This document shows, one piece after another, positions 1 through 16,099 of a DNA stretch of 64,000 nt. The notes under the pieces are model-generated. The model saw only the letters and a program-made list of their open reading frames with translations, was not told where the DNA came from and did not search any database. Source of the stretch: Eledone cirrhosa (Eukaryota); NCBI GenBank assembly GCA_964016885.1, contig OZ024743.1, positions 291,648,001 to 291,712,000 of the forward strand. Direction: 5' to 3'. Each line of letters starts with the position of its first letter. Position 1 is the first letter of the stretch. The translations under genes were made by a program, and so were the position numbers.

Positions 1-1042
1 GTTTGTATCAGAGTTAATGTAGACATGTTTATTCCAAACATTAAACCGTTACATTACACACAACACAAACATTTTTGAATGCTATTAACTTGTCTTATTT
101 TACTTATATTATTCGTATTACATAACATTTATATATTTCCTATCATTAGGTATCTATTTCTACCATACTGCATGCCACTTTTAACATTATGTATGTAATA
201 AGCTTGATATATTCACGTTCTGTCTTACCTTATGCATGCTTTTATTAAAATTCTGTATATTTTGCTTCATATAGCCTTATAACACAGTTCAATATTATGG
301 TATCGTTTTACTGTAATATGTATTTGCTTGACATCGTTTTGCACCTGTATTACATTTATGCATAACTTTCGCTATAATATGCTTATTATAATCATTTTAA
401 GTAATAACCTCTTTACAAAAGCTACTCATATTTTGCTATCTTTTCACTATAATATCATTTTGTTACACGTGCTTTTCATGATGATGTCACTGACTCTCTT
501 CATAATATTGTATATTAATGAATGTTCTAAATACTAGGAATGTAATTGCTTGTTTATTTATTGTATACACTCCGATGATACCAGGCAGTTGTCTAGAAGA
601 AACTATTGCCAGCAATTAAATATATTAAGCAAAAATGTGATTGATTTATATATTGTATTTCTGCTGTGTAATACATCTCATAATTTACATTGAGGTATTT
701 CTCTTACTGGTAGTCGGGTAGTGCAGCTTACTACTCTTTCATATTTATAATTATACTAGCATTAAAGCCCGGCGTTGCTCGGGGTCATTAAGTTACCAAA
801 GTTAGGTTGCTCCACCCATTTTATGGCAGCACTTTTTTGTCTGTCAGGCACTCGGTGAATGAATTGCAGACCTGGAAGCAGGAGCTGCGCCAGCAGTGAC
901 AATTGTAGTTTCGCCTATGGATATTATCTCTGTGAAAAAAGGTGTTGACATTTATTGTTTCACAGTACTTGCGCAACACGCGCGTAGACGATGCCAGCCG
1001 AACAACAGAGCTGCGATGGAGTTGTTCTGCATGGTTGTCTGT

Positions 1043-1318
1043 GTGTTTTCTAAGTTTAAGACAGTAGGGAGGGTTGTGATATGAGGGAGAGTTAGCTGTT
1101 GTTTCTAGCCGGTTTAGTGACCTCATAGAAGATATGTTTTCTAAATTTAAGACAGTAGAGAGGGGTGTGATATGGGGGAGAGTTAGCTGCTGTTTCTAGC
1201 AGGTTTAGTAACCTCATAGAGGATATGTGTTTTCTAAATTTAAGACAGTAGGGAGGGGTGTGATATGGGGGAGAGTTAGCTGCTGTTTCTAGCAGGTTTA
1301 GTGACCTCATAGAGGATA
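1043..1318. repeat. Tandem repeat, 3 x ~91-93 bp, inside the Helitron
   Basis: Unit ttttctaa(a/g)tttaagacagtag...cctcatag(a/g)ggatat recurs at ~1046, 1137 and 1230. Confidence 0.9.
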
Positions 1319-1340
1319 TTATTGTTTATCATTATCTATA

Positions 1341-1490
1341 CATGCTTTCCAGCATAGTTACGTCCTCCCTTTACAGTCTGAGTTCAAATCCCGCCGAGGT
1401 TAACTTTGCCTTTCATCCTTACGGGGTCGATAAAATAAAGTACCAGTAATGTACTGGGTAATTGATGGCCTTGTGCCAAAAGTAGAAACA
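1341..1490 (+). mobile_element. 5'-truncated tRNA-derived SINE (family A) with 10-bp TSD
   Basis: B-box GAGTTCAAATCC, core GCCTTTCATCCTTACGGGGTCGATAAA. Flanked by ATTATCTATA at 1331-1340 and 1491-1500. Confidence 0.85.
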
Positions 1491-1977
1491 ATTATCTATA
1501 AAAGGCAGATTGTTGTTGTTGTTGTTGAAGTGAGTGTGTGTTTGTATGCGTTTGGAAAAGAGGTTTTAAAAAAGATTTATCGCTTGTTGTTGAATAAATG
1601 TATCTGTTGCTTTTGAATAATTGTCGTTTCGTATGAAATGTAATAATTGTTCGGACAGTATGACCATCAAGCTTGGAAAGAGAAAGTAGCAGAAAGTATG
1701 AAGTTGTATAGATTTTGAATAGTAGTGGAAAGAGTTTAGCAGTTTAAATGACAGAGGAAAATCGTAAAATATTGAGTGTTATCTATTTTTTGCGTAATTG
1801 TGGGTGAAATTGAAAAAATTAGATGTGCCAAGAAGCAATCGATGTTATTTCGAATACTGAATTGCAAATTTCAATTGAAGAAATTCTATATCGTAGATTT
1901 CTATAAGAAAGGAGCATGACCACACACTGAGCTTTATAGATTATGATATATAACTATAATTATAAATACTATTATTA

Positions 1978-5291
<3,314 letters not shown>

Positions 5292-5302
5292 ATATATATG
5301 TA

Positions 5303-5336
<34 letters not shown>

Positions 5337-5337
5337 A

Positions 5338-6778
5338 ATGTGAGGATTACAAAGGAGAATAAATATTGTTAGAATATGTTTATACATAACCACCTACGTA
5401 CGTTTCGCCCGAAAAGTGCTTCTCGGTGGCATGCAAAACCGGAGAGTGTTCAGTATGGAACCCAGATGGGGTTTTAAGAAGATAATCACATGGAAGAACA
5501 TCCTTGATTCAAACAGAACTGGTTGTTATTGTCACAAAGCAAGGGGAGTACAGGTCACCAGCATGCTCCCCAGTTTCGCCGCGGTTATGTCGGTTGCGTC
5601 TGTTGGAGCTGGCGCCGACACTGTCGGGTGCTGCTAGGGAAACGTTAAGGCTATTAGTGTTGCTGTCAGGTCTACACCTATCGCTGCTATGGTGTCCTTT
5701 TTTCGGTGAGCTTACTGTAATTAGTTATCCGTATGTTGATTGGTAGATTAGGTGTAGTGGAGGAGGATATTTTAATATTGTTATTAAAATAACAAATTAA
5801 AGTTTAAGCAAGTATAAGTATATGTTATGTTTATACCATTAGTTATCTGTATAGGTAAGTATATATTACCTGTATGTTTTGTGAAGGTACGTAAACTTCC
5901 TCGTACGTATATTTGATTGTATATGTTATGGCGTATATTTTATATATTCTGGTACATATGCTTTTGGTTATGTGTATATGTGAGATTTGCGTCTGTGTGC
6001 GTATGCGGTTTCGTACGTATGTAGGGTGTGTGTATATGTGTACTTCGTGTTTTGGTTGACGTAAGTCTCCGAACATATGTGTATTTACATGTAGGTATGT
6101 GTGTGCACTTGTTATATACGTATTTATTTATTTATATACGTTTATTTAATTATTTGTATACACGCGCGCACACACACACACACATATTTATATGTGCGTG
6201 TATTTGTATACCTATGGCGAGTTTTTCGCGTATGCTTGTGTATGTACGTATATAGATGCGTGTATGTATTTATTTAATTTCAATTACCTCTGTATTTTAT
6301 TTACTTTATTCTTAACTATGAAGCCGAGAATCATTCGGTTTCCTAGTTAGAATTTTAGTCTACAACTTCAGGTATACCATTTACGTGGTTTTGTCTTTGC
6401 GTGCAATTGTTCTCCACGCACCACATATGACGTATTATCTTCGTTTTTTCCGTTCCTTGCCACATAACGTATCTATGTACCACCTAATAGAATATTAGTC
6501 TACGACTTATTTTATACCATAAACGTTGTTTTGTCTTTACTTGTAATTGTTTTTCACCGCTCCAAATAATGTCGTATTATATTCGTTTTTTCCCCGTTCT
6601 TTGCCAGGAAAAGTTTCCACGAACCAAAGTATCGTTTTCCTGTCTTCCTCCGGTTGCAAGGTTTTTTTGAAATATGCACTTCTGCGTTCACAGATTGACT
6701 TTGTTAGTTTCAGAAGATCCTGTTGAGGGTCAAAGCAGCGATTCTTTGCTTAAACTTTAATGTGTTATTTTAATAAAT
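5338..6778. repeat. ORF-less PLE pseudo-LTR-like element between (TA)n tracts
   Basis: 6260-6778 is homologous to 31175-31685. It has an internal ~120-bp tandem duplication and degenerate hammerhead-like motifs at 5388-5430 (-) and 6705-6745 (+). Confidence 0.55.
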
Positions 6779-6854
6779 ATATATATATGTATATATACAT
6801 GGTTATATTTATGTATATATACATTTATGTTTATATATATATTTATATATATAT

Positions 6855-9388
6855 AACAAAGGAATTGTGGTAATGAACCAGATGGACCATAACGTACCAG
6901 AGTACTCAATACTTAGGGTAGTAGAGTGTGAAATAGGACAGAGTATATCCCCGACGGCAGATTTCAAGCCGTTTGGACGGCTATTTCTGGACTAAATTAG
7001 AATTTTTAGCCTGGTGAATAAATAGCCGACCTTGTCAAGGGGATACTTCCTTATATGGGAAGATTGTAGTTGTCAAGAGGATTGTTTAAAATTTGTTGTA
7101 AACAAAAATAAGTCTGTCATGGCATTTGGTGGGAGGTAGGGGTAGCTGAACTTGCCTGTAGAACAATAGGGGAGTGAGTGGAGCGGTCAAGCTTTGAAAG
7201 TGATATGTATACAGCAGATTCTAAGTATAGTGTATGAAGTGGAGGAGGGAGGTTATAGAATAGTTAAATCGAATGAGAGTAGGAGACAATGAAAGATACT
7301 AGAAAGAAAAAAATATATATATATAATAAGAAAGTGAGAAATTAATAAAAAAAATCATAATGCTATCTTACAATTACAGGTTAATATGTTGAGAATAGAA
7401 AAATATTGTAGAAATTACAAAACTGATACAAATTAAAGGGGTTTAACACATCTGGTATAAGTAAAACGTATTCGGCCAATTCTATCTTAAAATTGCAGGG
7501 GTGGGGGAAATGATGCTACGGAGGCCCGATGGGATCCGTCGGGGTAGGCGAAAGAGGAAAAGCAGACGAGGAAGAAATTAGGGGGTGGAAGGAAATGATA
7601 GGATGAGACAGGGGGAAGAAGAAGACAAAACGGAAAAGAAAAGAGGTACATCTACCTATGTAAGCTGGGGTTTCCCCTAACTTATTCGGCAAGTGTGTGT
7701 GTGTGGGGGGGGGGGTGTAAATCATACGCAATCTGTGTTTGCGTGCGGTTACCAGTTCGTCTCTCTTGTTTAGGAGTTGGTCCTTCGAAAACAGCATTTG
7801 TAATGTTTTCTCCGAGCATAAGTTACATGGACGGCGTCCTCTCCCGTGAAAGAATTAGCTCTGGACAGTAAGCTCCAAGTGAGATTATAGGTTATATTAT
7901 TATCTTGGAGGTCCCAGATATGGCCCGAAAGTGTAGTGGCCTGTCGCCGCACCGGGTTTCGGAAAGTATGTCGGTGTTGGTAGAGCCGGGATTTGAAGTC
8001 ACACGTGGTTAATCCAATATAAGCTTTGTTGGAGGTGTCCGTCCTCACGTTGCACTGGTAGATCACGTTACGTTCTCGGAATTTGTTTTTGAGGGGGCAC
8101 GTAGATCTATCAGGGCAGTTACACCTTCTTGTCGGCTCTCTACTGATGTCTAGGTTATTTCTTCCATAGGGGTTGAGTTTTTTGTTGTTTGAGGAGACGA
8201 TGTTTTGTGCGAAGTTAGGTGTGGTGCTGTAGGAGAGTTTGGTGGTGTTTTTGTTGACTATGTTGTGGTAGCGGTGTTGTAGTGGGAAGTGTTTCTCGAG
8301 GAGTCTAAAGAAGATTTTCCCGATAGGTGTTGCCACCTCGGCATTATGGGGAGGTTGAACCAGGTTACGGTGCGTGAGCGGCGGTGTTGCCTGTTGGTTC
8401 CGCTAAGGGAAGCTGGATAAAAAGATATTTCCTCCCGGAAGCCACTCTGCTTGAGGGCCTGGTTGTAATGAGGCGGTGTTCGTCGAATATCTGCTCATTA
8501 GCGGACAAACGAGATATGCGGAGGGAGATGTTTTTAACCAGATTATTGGTGATGTTTCTAGGATGGTTAGAGCGGCGGTGGATGTAGTGAAGGTTGTCGT
8601 TTGGTTTCCTGTATGGGTAGTACAGATCATTATCGAGCTTTGTGTAACGTCCAGGAAATTGGCTCGGGTTAGGGACGTTTCTATGGTGATTTTATATCCC
8701 CAGTCCCGGAAGAAGTTGATTTGTTGTTTACGGACCCGGCCTGTACTACTGGGGTTGTACCCTTTGAGGGTTAGGAGCCCATCATCCCGGTACAATCCAC
8801 CGCCGAATGCAAGAAACATTTCGGTGATTTTAAATAGTAGGAATAATCCTATAAGATCTGTGACCTCAGCCGAATCCGTCGCGCCCATACTGACGTCGAA
8901 GGGGTCTCAGGAGCTCTCTTTATCCACTTGGATTTGTCGAAAACTAGGACTGTCTTCCTGGCGTGGAGAATGATATTTCTTTCCTGGTCAGTGATGAGTG
9001 TGAGTGTTTCGGCAAAGTCCAAGGCGGCCGTAAGGAGCGGAAAGGTAATAGATAGATAGTAACTCTCTATGTCAAACTGGATGAATTTTCTGTCTCGTTT
9101 GTCCTCCATATTCCTGAACCATGAGTTTACTTCCTGGGTGCTGACCCATTGGCTAAGTCTCACATTTTGCTTAACTTTGGGTATAACTCGTTCTAGGATC
9201 TTATTACTGATTCTCCTTATGTCCGACTTCGTTGGGATTATAAGCCTAATGGATGGTTTTCGACACCTCCAAATGGATAAAGAGTGCTGCCGACTCCCCC
9301 TTCGACGTCAGTATGGGCGCGACGGATTCGGTCGAGGTCACAGATCTTATATGATTATTCCTACTATTTAAACTCACCGAAATGTTTC
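6855..9388 (-). mobile_element. Penelope-like element, 5'-truncated and frameshifted (RT + GIY-YIG), with 3' pseudo-LTR and 5' inverted fragment
   Basis: RT motifs FIQFDIESYY, MGATDSAEV, GLYRDDGL, NFLDV; GIY-YIG NVIYQC...AYIGLT...FKSRLYQH. 9269-9388 is an inverted copy of ~8815-8930. Confidence 0.9.
6946..7045 (-). ncRNA. Type I hammerhead ribozyme motif (U3:A8 core, long stem II, G12 mutated)
   Basis: Minus: TATCCCC-TTGACAA-[long CGGCTATTT/AAATAGCCG stem II]-CAAA-CGGC..GCCG-TC-GGGGATA. Stem I is a perfect 7 bp. The sister copy at 53661 has GAAA. Confidence 0.7.
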
Positions 9389-9549
9389 AGAGAGAAGATG
9401 AAGTTGGGAATAGCACAGGAGATATGTTTAAGGGTCTGTTTTTCTTATTTGATTCGTCAAAGTGACATTATTGAAAAGATACTGATATTAAAAAAGAGAG
9501 GGACAATTCTTTTTTGAAAATCGTTTTATGAAGTATATAAAGTGTATGA

Positions 9550-9596
9550 ACAAATTACCGGTTTCGATGTATTAAAATCCATCTTGTCAAATTCAT
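9550..9596 (-). ncRNA. Type I hammerhead ribozyme (U3:A8 variant, minimal palindromic stem III)
   Basis: Minus: ATGAAT-TTGACAA-GATGGATT tt AATACATC-GAAA-CCGG-TA|ATTTGT. Predicted GUA cleavage between 9556 and 9555. Confidence 0.75.
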
Positions 9597-10008
9597 TGAA
9601 AAACGTTAATTAAAAAGGGAATAAAAGAAAGGGTTTACAATTAAAATTAATATCAAAAACGAAAGTTTGAGCAAAATTTCCTCCATCATGCCTTCTGAAA
9701 AGTTGGCATGGAATGAGGCCAAGTTGTTTTGTTTAATCTAGTGGTCAATAGTGCAACATGGGGTAAGGGGTTGTCACTTTGACGAATCAAAAAAGAAAAA
9801 CAGACCCTTCAACATATCTTCCGTGCTATTTCCAACTTCATATTTCTTCTATACCCACTATTTTGTATAAAACCTCAGTTGCCTTTTCTTATATATATAT
9901 ATATATATATAAGTTCAAAAGAAAAGTGGATTCAGATACGTAAATACTATTGCAACTATTCTGTGCGTTTATTTGGTCCAAGATTTGTGTAAAGAGGCAC
10001 ACATGTAA

Positions 10009-10135
<127 letters not shown>

Positions 10136-10558
10136 AAGAGAGAGAGTGTGACATACATACACGTAAGAGAATTTATTTGTATAAAAGGTGTGCGAATGTA
10201 TGCATTCGTGTTTCAGTATATATGTACAACTATGACTATTGGTCTGTATATTCTTGTTTGTATGATTACAAATATGTGCTTCAAACGCATCTGTCTGACA
10301 GAAAAAAATATCATATAGTTAGGAAGGAGCATTGAATTCAAACTATCAATGAGAATCAATAGTATGAAAAAAAATGGTCTCATTGCAAGTTTTATATTTA
10401 TAACTTGTGCAGCGCCATATAGCATATATCATCATTTGGGTATATTAAATATTTAAATCTCCAAATGAACTCTTATTTTCTAACAGATTAAATACAGCCC
10501 AGTCGGGTCGAAATTTCTCGGTGGGATATACACCCACAGGCACACAAACACACACACG

Positions 10559-10601
<43 letters not shown>

Positions 10602-10726
10602 CTGTGCGCCCGTGGGTGTTTGTGTGTGTGCATGTGTATTTTTAATCCGTGTGCACGATACGTATATACATTTATAATCACATATACTATTGTAAAAACA
10701 AAAACACATACACACGCATATCTATC

Positions 10727-10806
<80 letters not shown>

Positions 10807-11229
10807 TCTCTCTCTCTCCCTCCCTCTCTCTCTCTCTCTTTCTCTCTCTATCTATCTATCTTTCTATTTATCTCTCTATATATATATCTCCCCCTCTCTC
10901 TTTGTATATGTATCTATATATATATATATATATATTTCTATATATATATCGGAGTATTGTATGTAGGTAGAATATAGAAAGTGTAGGCGGTATTTGAATA
11001 TAAATATTAAGGTCAGCTACTACAACGACGCCATACCACGTTTGTACGTTTCATTAGCACCGAGGACAATGAATAAGAACCGGAACATGCATACACAAAA
11101 CAGAAAAACTTAGGAAAGAGTTAGGAAAATTCGATAGATTAAGAAAAATATAAATTACTATTAAGGAGGCCAGTTCTTTTAAAGGTACTTTGAAACATGA
11201 AAAGACGCGAGAAGAACAATGTATGTGTG

Positions 11230-11770
11230 TTAAGTGGTTTCTTATTGTCGTGGAGATTATTCAATATCCACCATTTCTCGTCCTTACACTTACACAATGT
11301 CCAGTATTTGCGCTCATTTATCTATTGTCGAGATGTTTCTAGTATCGTCCATTTAATGGAAAAGCCTACATTCTTGACTTTGAGGTGCCATATGTTATTT
11401 CCCAAATTTGGGGTGTTTTTTCATGTGGGTATCTAAACGTGGTTTCGTGATTAAGGAAGTGATTTTGAAACCGATTCTCTCTGATATACCGACGTATGTC
11501 CATGATTTCGTTTGTTGGTGTTGATTGAGTGGAGTGACCTCAGCTTCTTATATTATCGTTGGGCATTTCATTGTTGATCCAGCAGGCATGACTACTGTTT
11601 TTACAAGAACATCCATATATTTTTGGGTTCTGCTGCTTTATGCAGGTGGAGAGATTTCATCTTTCCGGCACCGGAATAACCAATTTTGACCGATTGACGG
11701 TTAAAGATTGGATGGTAATTGTATCTTAGTTTTAAGTGTTTACCTATGACGGCTAAAACGTTCTGACATT
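11230..11770 (-). pseudogene. Degenerate Penelope-like C-terminal (linker/GIY-YIG) fragment
   Basis: HPIFNRQSVKIGYS matches the HNIVNKNTTKLSYS / SKILNTKSIRISYS motif of the other PLEs here. Downstream NHETTFR...IWHLK. Confidence 0.65.
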
Positions 11771-12243
11771 CGTCTTCACATTTAATGAGATAACCCCGGT
11801 TCATCAGCGTGTGTAAGGCTATACATTTCAGACAACACTAAGTGAATTTTAAAGCGGCCGTCCAGCTACACGTGGGAGAGAGAAGTCACAGCGTGTTTAA
11901 GGGCAGTGAACCTGTGGCCTCTGAGTGACGAACTGCTAGAAAGGGCAGCCCCAAACCATCCAGAGAAGTGTACTCAACTAAACAGAGAGAGAGAGGGAAC
12001 ATGCTGATGAACCGGGGTTATTTCATTTCTGTCAACAACTTACTGGCGAAACAGATCTCTTTGGATTTGTACGTGTGTTATGTAGTTATAGAGGTATTTA
12101 TTTACGCTTTAATATATATTTTTAATTATCGTGTAACTACTCTGCCTTTCATAGGTTATAGATTCCATACACTGGTGGTTTTTCCCTGATTTATTGATAT
12201 CGCACTGTATCTCTCTCTGGTGTGTTACCTTTTCAACATATTG

Positions 12244-12315
<72 letters not shown>

Positions 12316-12316
12316 G

Positions 12317-12447
<131 letters not shown>

Positions 12448-12737
12448 GTATATATATATATATATATATATACACACAATGTCCAACACCTGATGTAAGT
12501 AGAAATGTAAAATACAAAGGGTTGTATATCAGTACATGAGCTAACATTTCCTAAAATAAATCTATGTTTCAACATGTACATAGACGTGTATCCCTAAACC
12601 GAATTTGTAAATATATGAATACAATTGTACAGAACCAATCACGGTGAGAATCATGCAGAAACATACTTAGTCTCACATATATACATCCACGCACATATAT
12701 CAAGTTACCTTTATATGCTTATGTGCACACACATCTG

Positions 12738-12790
<53 letters not shown>

Positions 12791-13699
12791 GTGTGTGTGT
12801 GTATGTGTATGTGTGTGTGTATGTATGTGTGCGTTTATTTTTTTTGTGGTGGGGGGGGGGGGTATTGTGTGTGTGCGCACATACACAAATTAATGTGTCG
12901 AATAATAAATCCTCCGCTACATTTTTGCGTAGTAACGTTAAACCATAATTCAAGCCAAATTGGACCACCATTTTTAAAATGGCAGAAAATACTCGTATTT
13001 TATTCGATATGATATTATTTCCTACATGCTTCTCTCACAGGAAATTTACTTCCAATATTTTTACTTGGCTTCGCACCCTCCTAGCCATAAAAACGAAAGA
13101 AATTGCGACTTGTTTTCTTTCACACATTGCTCGCATTTCTAGATATAAAATCTATATTAAATACAGTAATAAATAAATAAGTAAAGCAATATTATTTCGT
13201 TTTACTTTTGCTTGTTTTTCAACTGAAATCTTATGTCACAAATGTTCTGCGTGATATACCATGTTGAATTTACAACTGTTTAGGATTTTAAAAGGTATTG
13301 TGTTTTTCATAATACGAATATAGCAGTAACATCATTTTCCCATCCACTTTTTCACCGCTTCCCCAAGTGAGACCGAATTAATTTATCTGTCTATTATATA
13401 AAGTGTGAGATTCTGAAAAACAACCTCTAAACGATATATCTGCACAGTCATGGGAAATAAACAGTTTCGAGGCGAATGTGTCAAATCTCTGTGACCAATG
13501 CTACAACTATATTGATTTCCTGGTTTGATTTTTTTTATTGCATTGATATACAATTTGTAAGAATATATCGTATTAGTCAATAACTACAATATAGTTGTTG
13601 TCGTGGGGTATTCTGTTTGGGGGAATTCACTGTCGTGTAACAATTTTACGCACTTAGTTTCGAATATTCATTTCTCATTGAATCATGGGTTTTTGCTGG

Positions 13700-13830
13700 T
13701 AGGTTTAATGACACGTTAGTTGAAATATCAGCGCTTTGGATTTGAGTGATTTTTGCCAGAGTACAATCCTTTGCAAATTACTTTGCCTTTCATCTATTTG
13801 TGAACGATAAATAAAGTACTAAACCACTGC
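13700..13830 (+). mobile_element. Old, decayed SINE family A-like copy
   Basis: Retains the core ACTTTGCCTTTCATC..CGATAAATAAAGTAC. Confidence 0.45.
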
Positions 13831-14419
13831 GATTATTTGCCAAAGGATTTAAAGTGTCGCACGAGATGCAGTGTCATATTGCTTCCAGATAGTTCTTTGA
13901 TTTTTGCTAGGATCTCCTTCCGTTGTAGATTTAATACGACGCCCAATTTACCACCAACATTTGCAACTTGGGTATATTTAGCGAAGTATACTTTGCTATA
14001 AACATTCCATCCCGATCATTGCTTTTGAAATTAATTCCTAATGACTGTTTTTAAAACCTGACTAAAGAGAAAACAACTGAAACTATAGACCCCCTTATTT
14101 GCTTCACCCTTCTTGTCATCAGCGTCATCAATAACAAATAACAATTGGATGGGAGAGTTAATCGATCCTTTGCTTTAAGACTCCTGCTTGACAATCGAAT
14201 GGCTTTAACAGAGTCCACTTATTTGCATCATTTCGAACTGGTCAACGGTTTTACGGTACATTTCTCCATTCTTCCATTACACCACTATGAAAACGCTGAA
14301 AACAGGATCAACGATACATAATAATAAATTATTTAAATCATCACAATATCAACAAAACATTTTACTTAAATTTCCTACGAACATCAATGAGCAACATGAA
14401 TAATAACGGTAACAACTCT

Positions 14420-15103
14420 AATGAGGAGAGTTCAAGAATGATGATGAACAATTGACAATGCTAATAACGAATATATTTAAAGACTGAAGTGAAGAATGAA
14501 AGGAATCAAGTGCTGAGAATAATCGGTACCTTAACTACTTTGATGAAAGAAGTTTCTCACGAAGATAATCCCGTGGTACGAAAAGATATCCAGGTAGAAG
14601 TGGTCATTTCACTGGAAACAATGATAGCAAATTTCATGAAGGCCACCATATTTGAACACTGCAGTGGGAAATGAAAGAAGTTGAGCCCAAACTAGATTGG
14701 ATAACGATGGTTCTATGTATGAATTTGTTTCATTTGAAGCAACGATAGCAACATTCATAACGTCCAGAGACATGCACATTTCTGATTTCCAGATGCTGTG
14801 GGATCGTTTAAATATCACACTCCCAAATACAAGCACACATGAGAGTAGGGTGGCATTGAATTTAGACATGATGGCTGCTGAAGGTGACCCTGAAATTATC
14901 AGGAGAAATATGTCAGTAATTATTAATGTACGGGTTGAACAACGAGCTAATAACGATTTAAACATTACTGAGTTACTTGTTTGGCATTTTTCAAGATTCC
15001 GTCTAACAAAACAATGATTGGAGCGATGAACTGTCCCAAAGACACACACACGCGCGCATGCATAAACACACACACACACACACACGCACACACACACACA
15101 CAT

Positions 15104-15140
<37 letters not shown>

Positions 15141-15812
15141 CTGACACACAGAGACCCCCCCACACACACACACACGCATGCACACACACACACACATATA
15201 AATTTACACACGCCCCTTGTCTCTTGGATGAAGAGCATGAAAACTTTACCGAACTTCAAGATTATTTTTAAGAGAACATGATTGGGAAACTTAATTTGGG
15301 GCACCGCTCTGTGAGAAAGTTATCTGCACAATCTACACATTGGCTAAGAGTTCTGACCATAGAATTGATCTACTACTGAAAGCTTTGATAGAGAAAATTG
15401 TTGACTTGAAACTTGACGCCAATAGAGATTCCACCCAAGCCACAAATTCCAGTTGTTCTTTTGATAATCTAGTACAGATCTGGTCGCCCTTTGGTTGTAT
15501 TGCTTACAGGAATTTGACGCTCATGGACAAGAATTTTCTTCCCGAATTGAAGCATCGAGCTGCTATGCTTGGAAAATATTTTCAAAGAAAAATAAATCTC
15601 GAAGGAATACAGATGTTATATCTGTTAGACAATAGTAAGTTATTAGAGAAGGAACTAGATGTGGCAGGAACCATGGCAAAAGTCGAGGTAGCTCAATACA
15701 TTCAAATGATTTGTGATATTGTTACCGGTAAAAATCCTGTTAGCTAATTTAACTAAGACCCAGTAGAAATAGATTAGTCTTGAACTTAGTACTGCAGCCA
15801 GTCTGAGTATGT
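14420..15812 (+). pseudogene. NCAPD2: Intronless pseudogene fragment of condensin I subunit CAP-D2
   Basis: Recognised from memory of the human protein: QMLWDR..TLPNTSTHESRVALNLDMMAAEGDPEIIRRN ~ QLLWER..SSVMLLGMMARGKPEIVGSN; WAPLCEKVICTIYTLA ~ WIPFKEVAVTLIYQLA; LEKELDVAGT..AQYIQMICD ~ MEEELGLVGA..AELIRGICE; ELSTAASL ~ DLSAAASL. Has stops, frameshifts and a (CA)n insertion at ~15040-15200. Confidence 0.75.
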
Positions 15813-16099
15813 AAACTCAGGCTCTTAACTTCTGAATTCTGAGAGAGCAATCTTCAATTCATATCTCTGGAATGGAAAAATAAAAAAAAATAAGTTACAG
15901 TAATCACAGCAACTCGTGCAAAAACAATTGAAAGTATAGACTTCCTACATTTGAATATTTTCATCTTGACTATGAAATTCCTTTAATTTAATTCGAAATA
16001 ATTCAGAAAACTGAATGGCGTCTCGTTGTTGTATGAATTGATTTATATTCAGCATAAGCATAGAATGGATAAGAAAACATGTCAACGTATTTAATTTCT

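Larger units (their letters stand above)
756..1946 (-). mobile_element. Non-autonomous Helitron
   Basis: On minus it starts TCATAATCTATAAA at 1946 and ends with the hairpin CCCG-AGCAACGC-CGGG then CTAG (756-759), in an A/T context. The 3' ~280 bp nearly match the 3' end of the RepHel Helitron at 55813. Confidence 0.85.

Noticed and set aside
565-620. HHR-like CCGATGA..GAAACTATTGCC
   Set aside because: Core, stem III and stem I are all mismatched; probably a fossil but not supportable alone.
1043-1318. CRISPR-like array
   Set aside because: Contiguous tandem units with no unique spacers, in a eukaryotic Helitron.
5388-5430. HHR-like GCCACC-GAGAA-GCAC..GGGC-GAAA-CGTACG-TA|GGTGGT on the minus strand
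   Set aside because: Stems I and III fit but the CUGANGA box has deletions; not called as a ribozyme.
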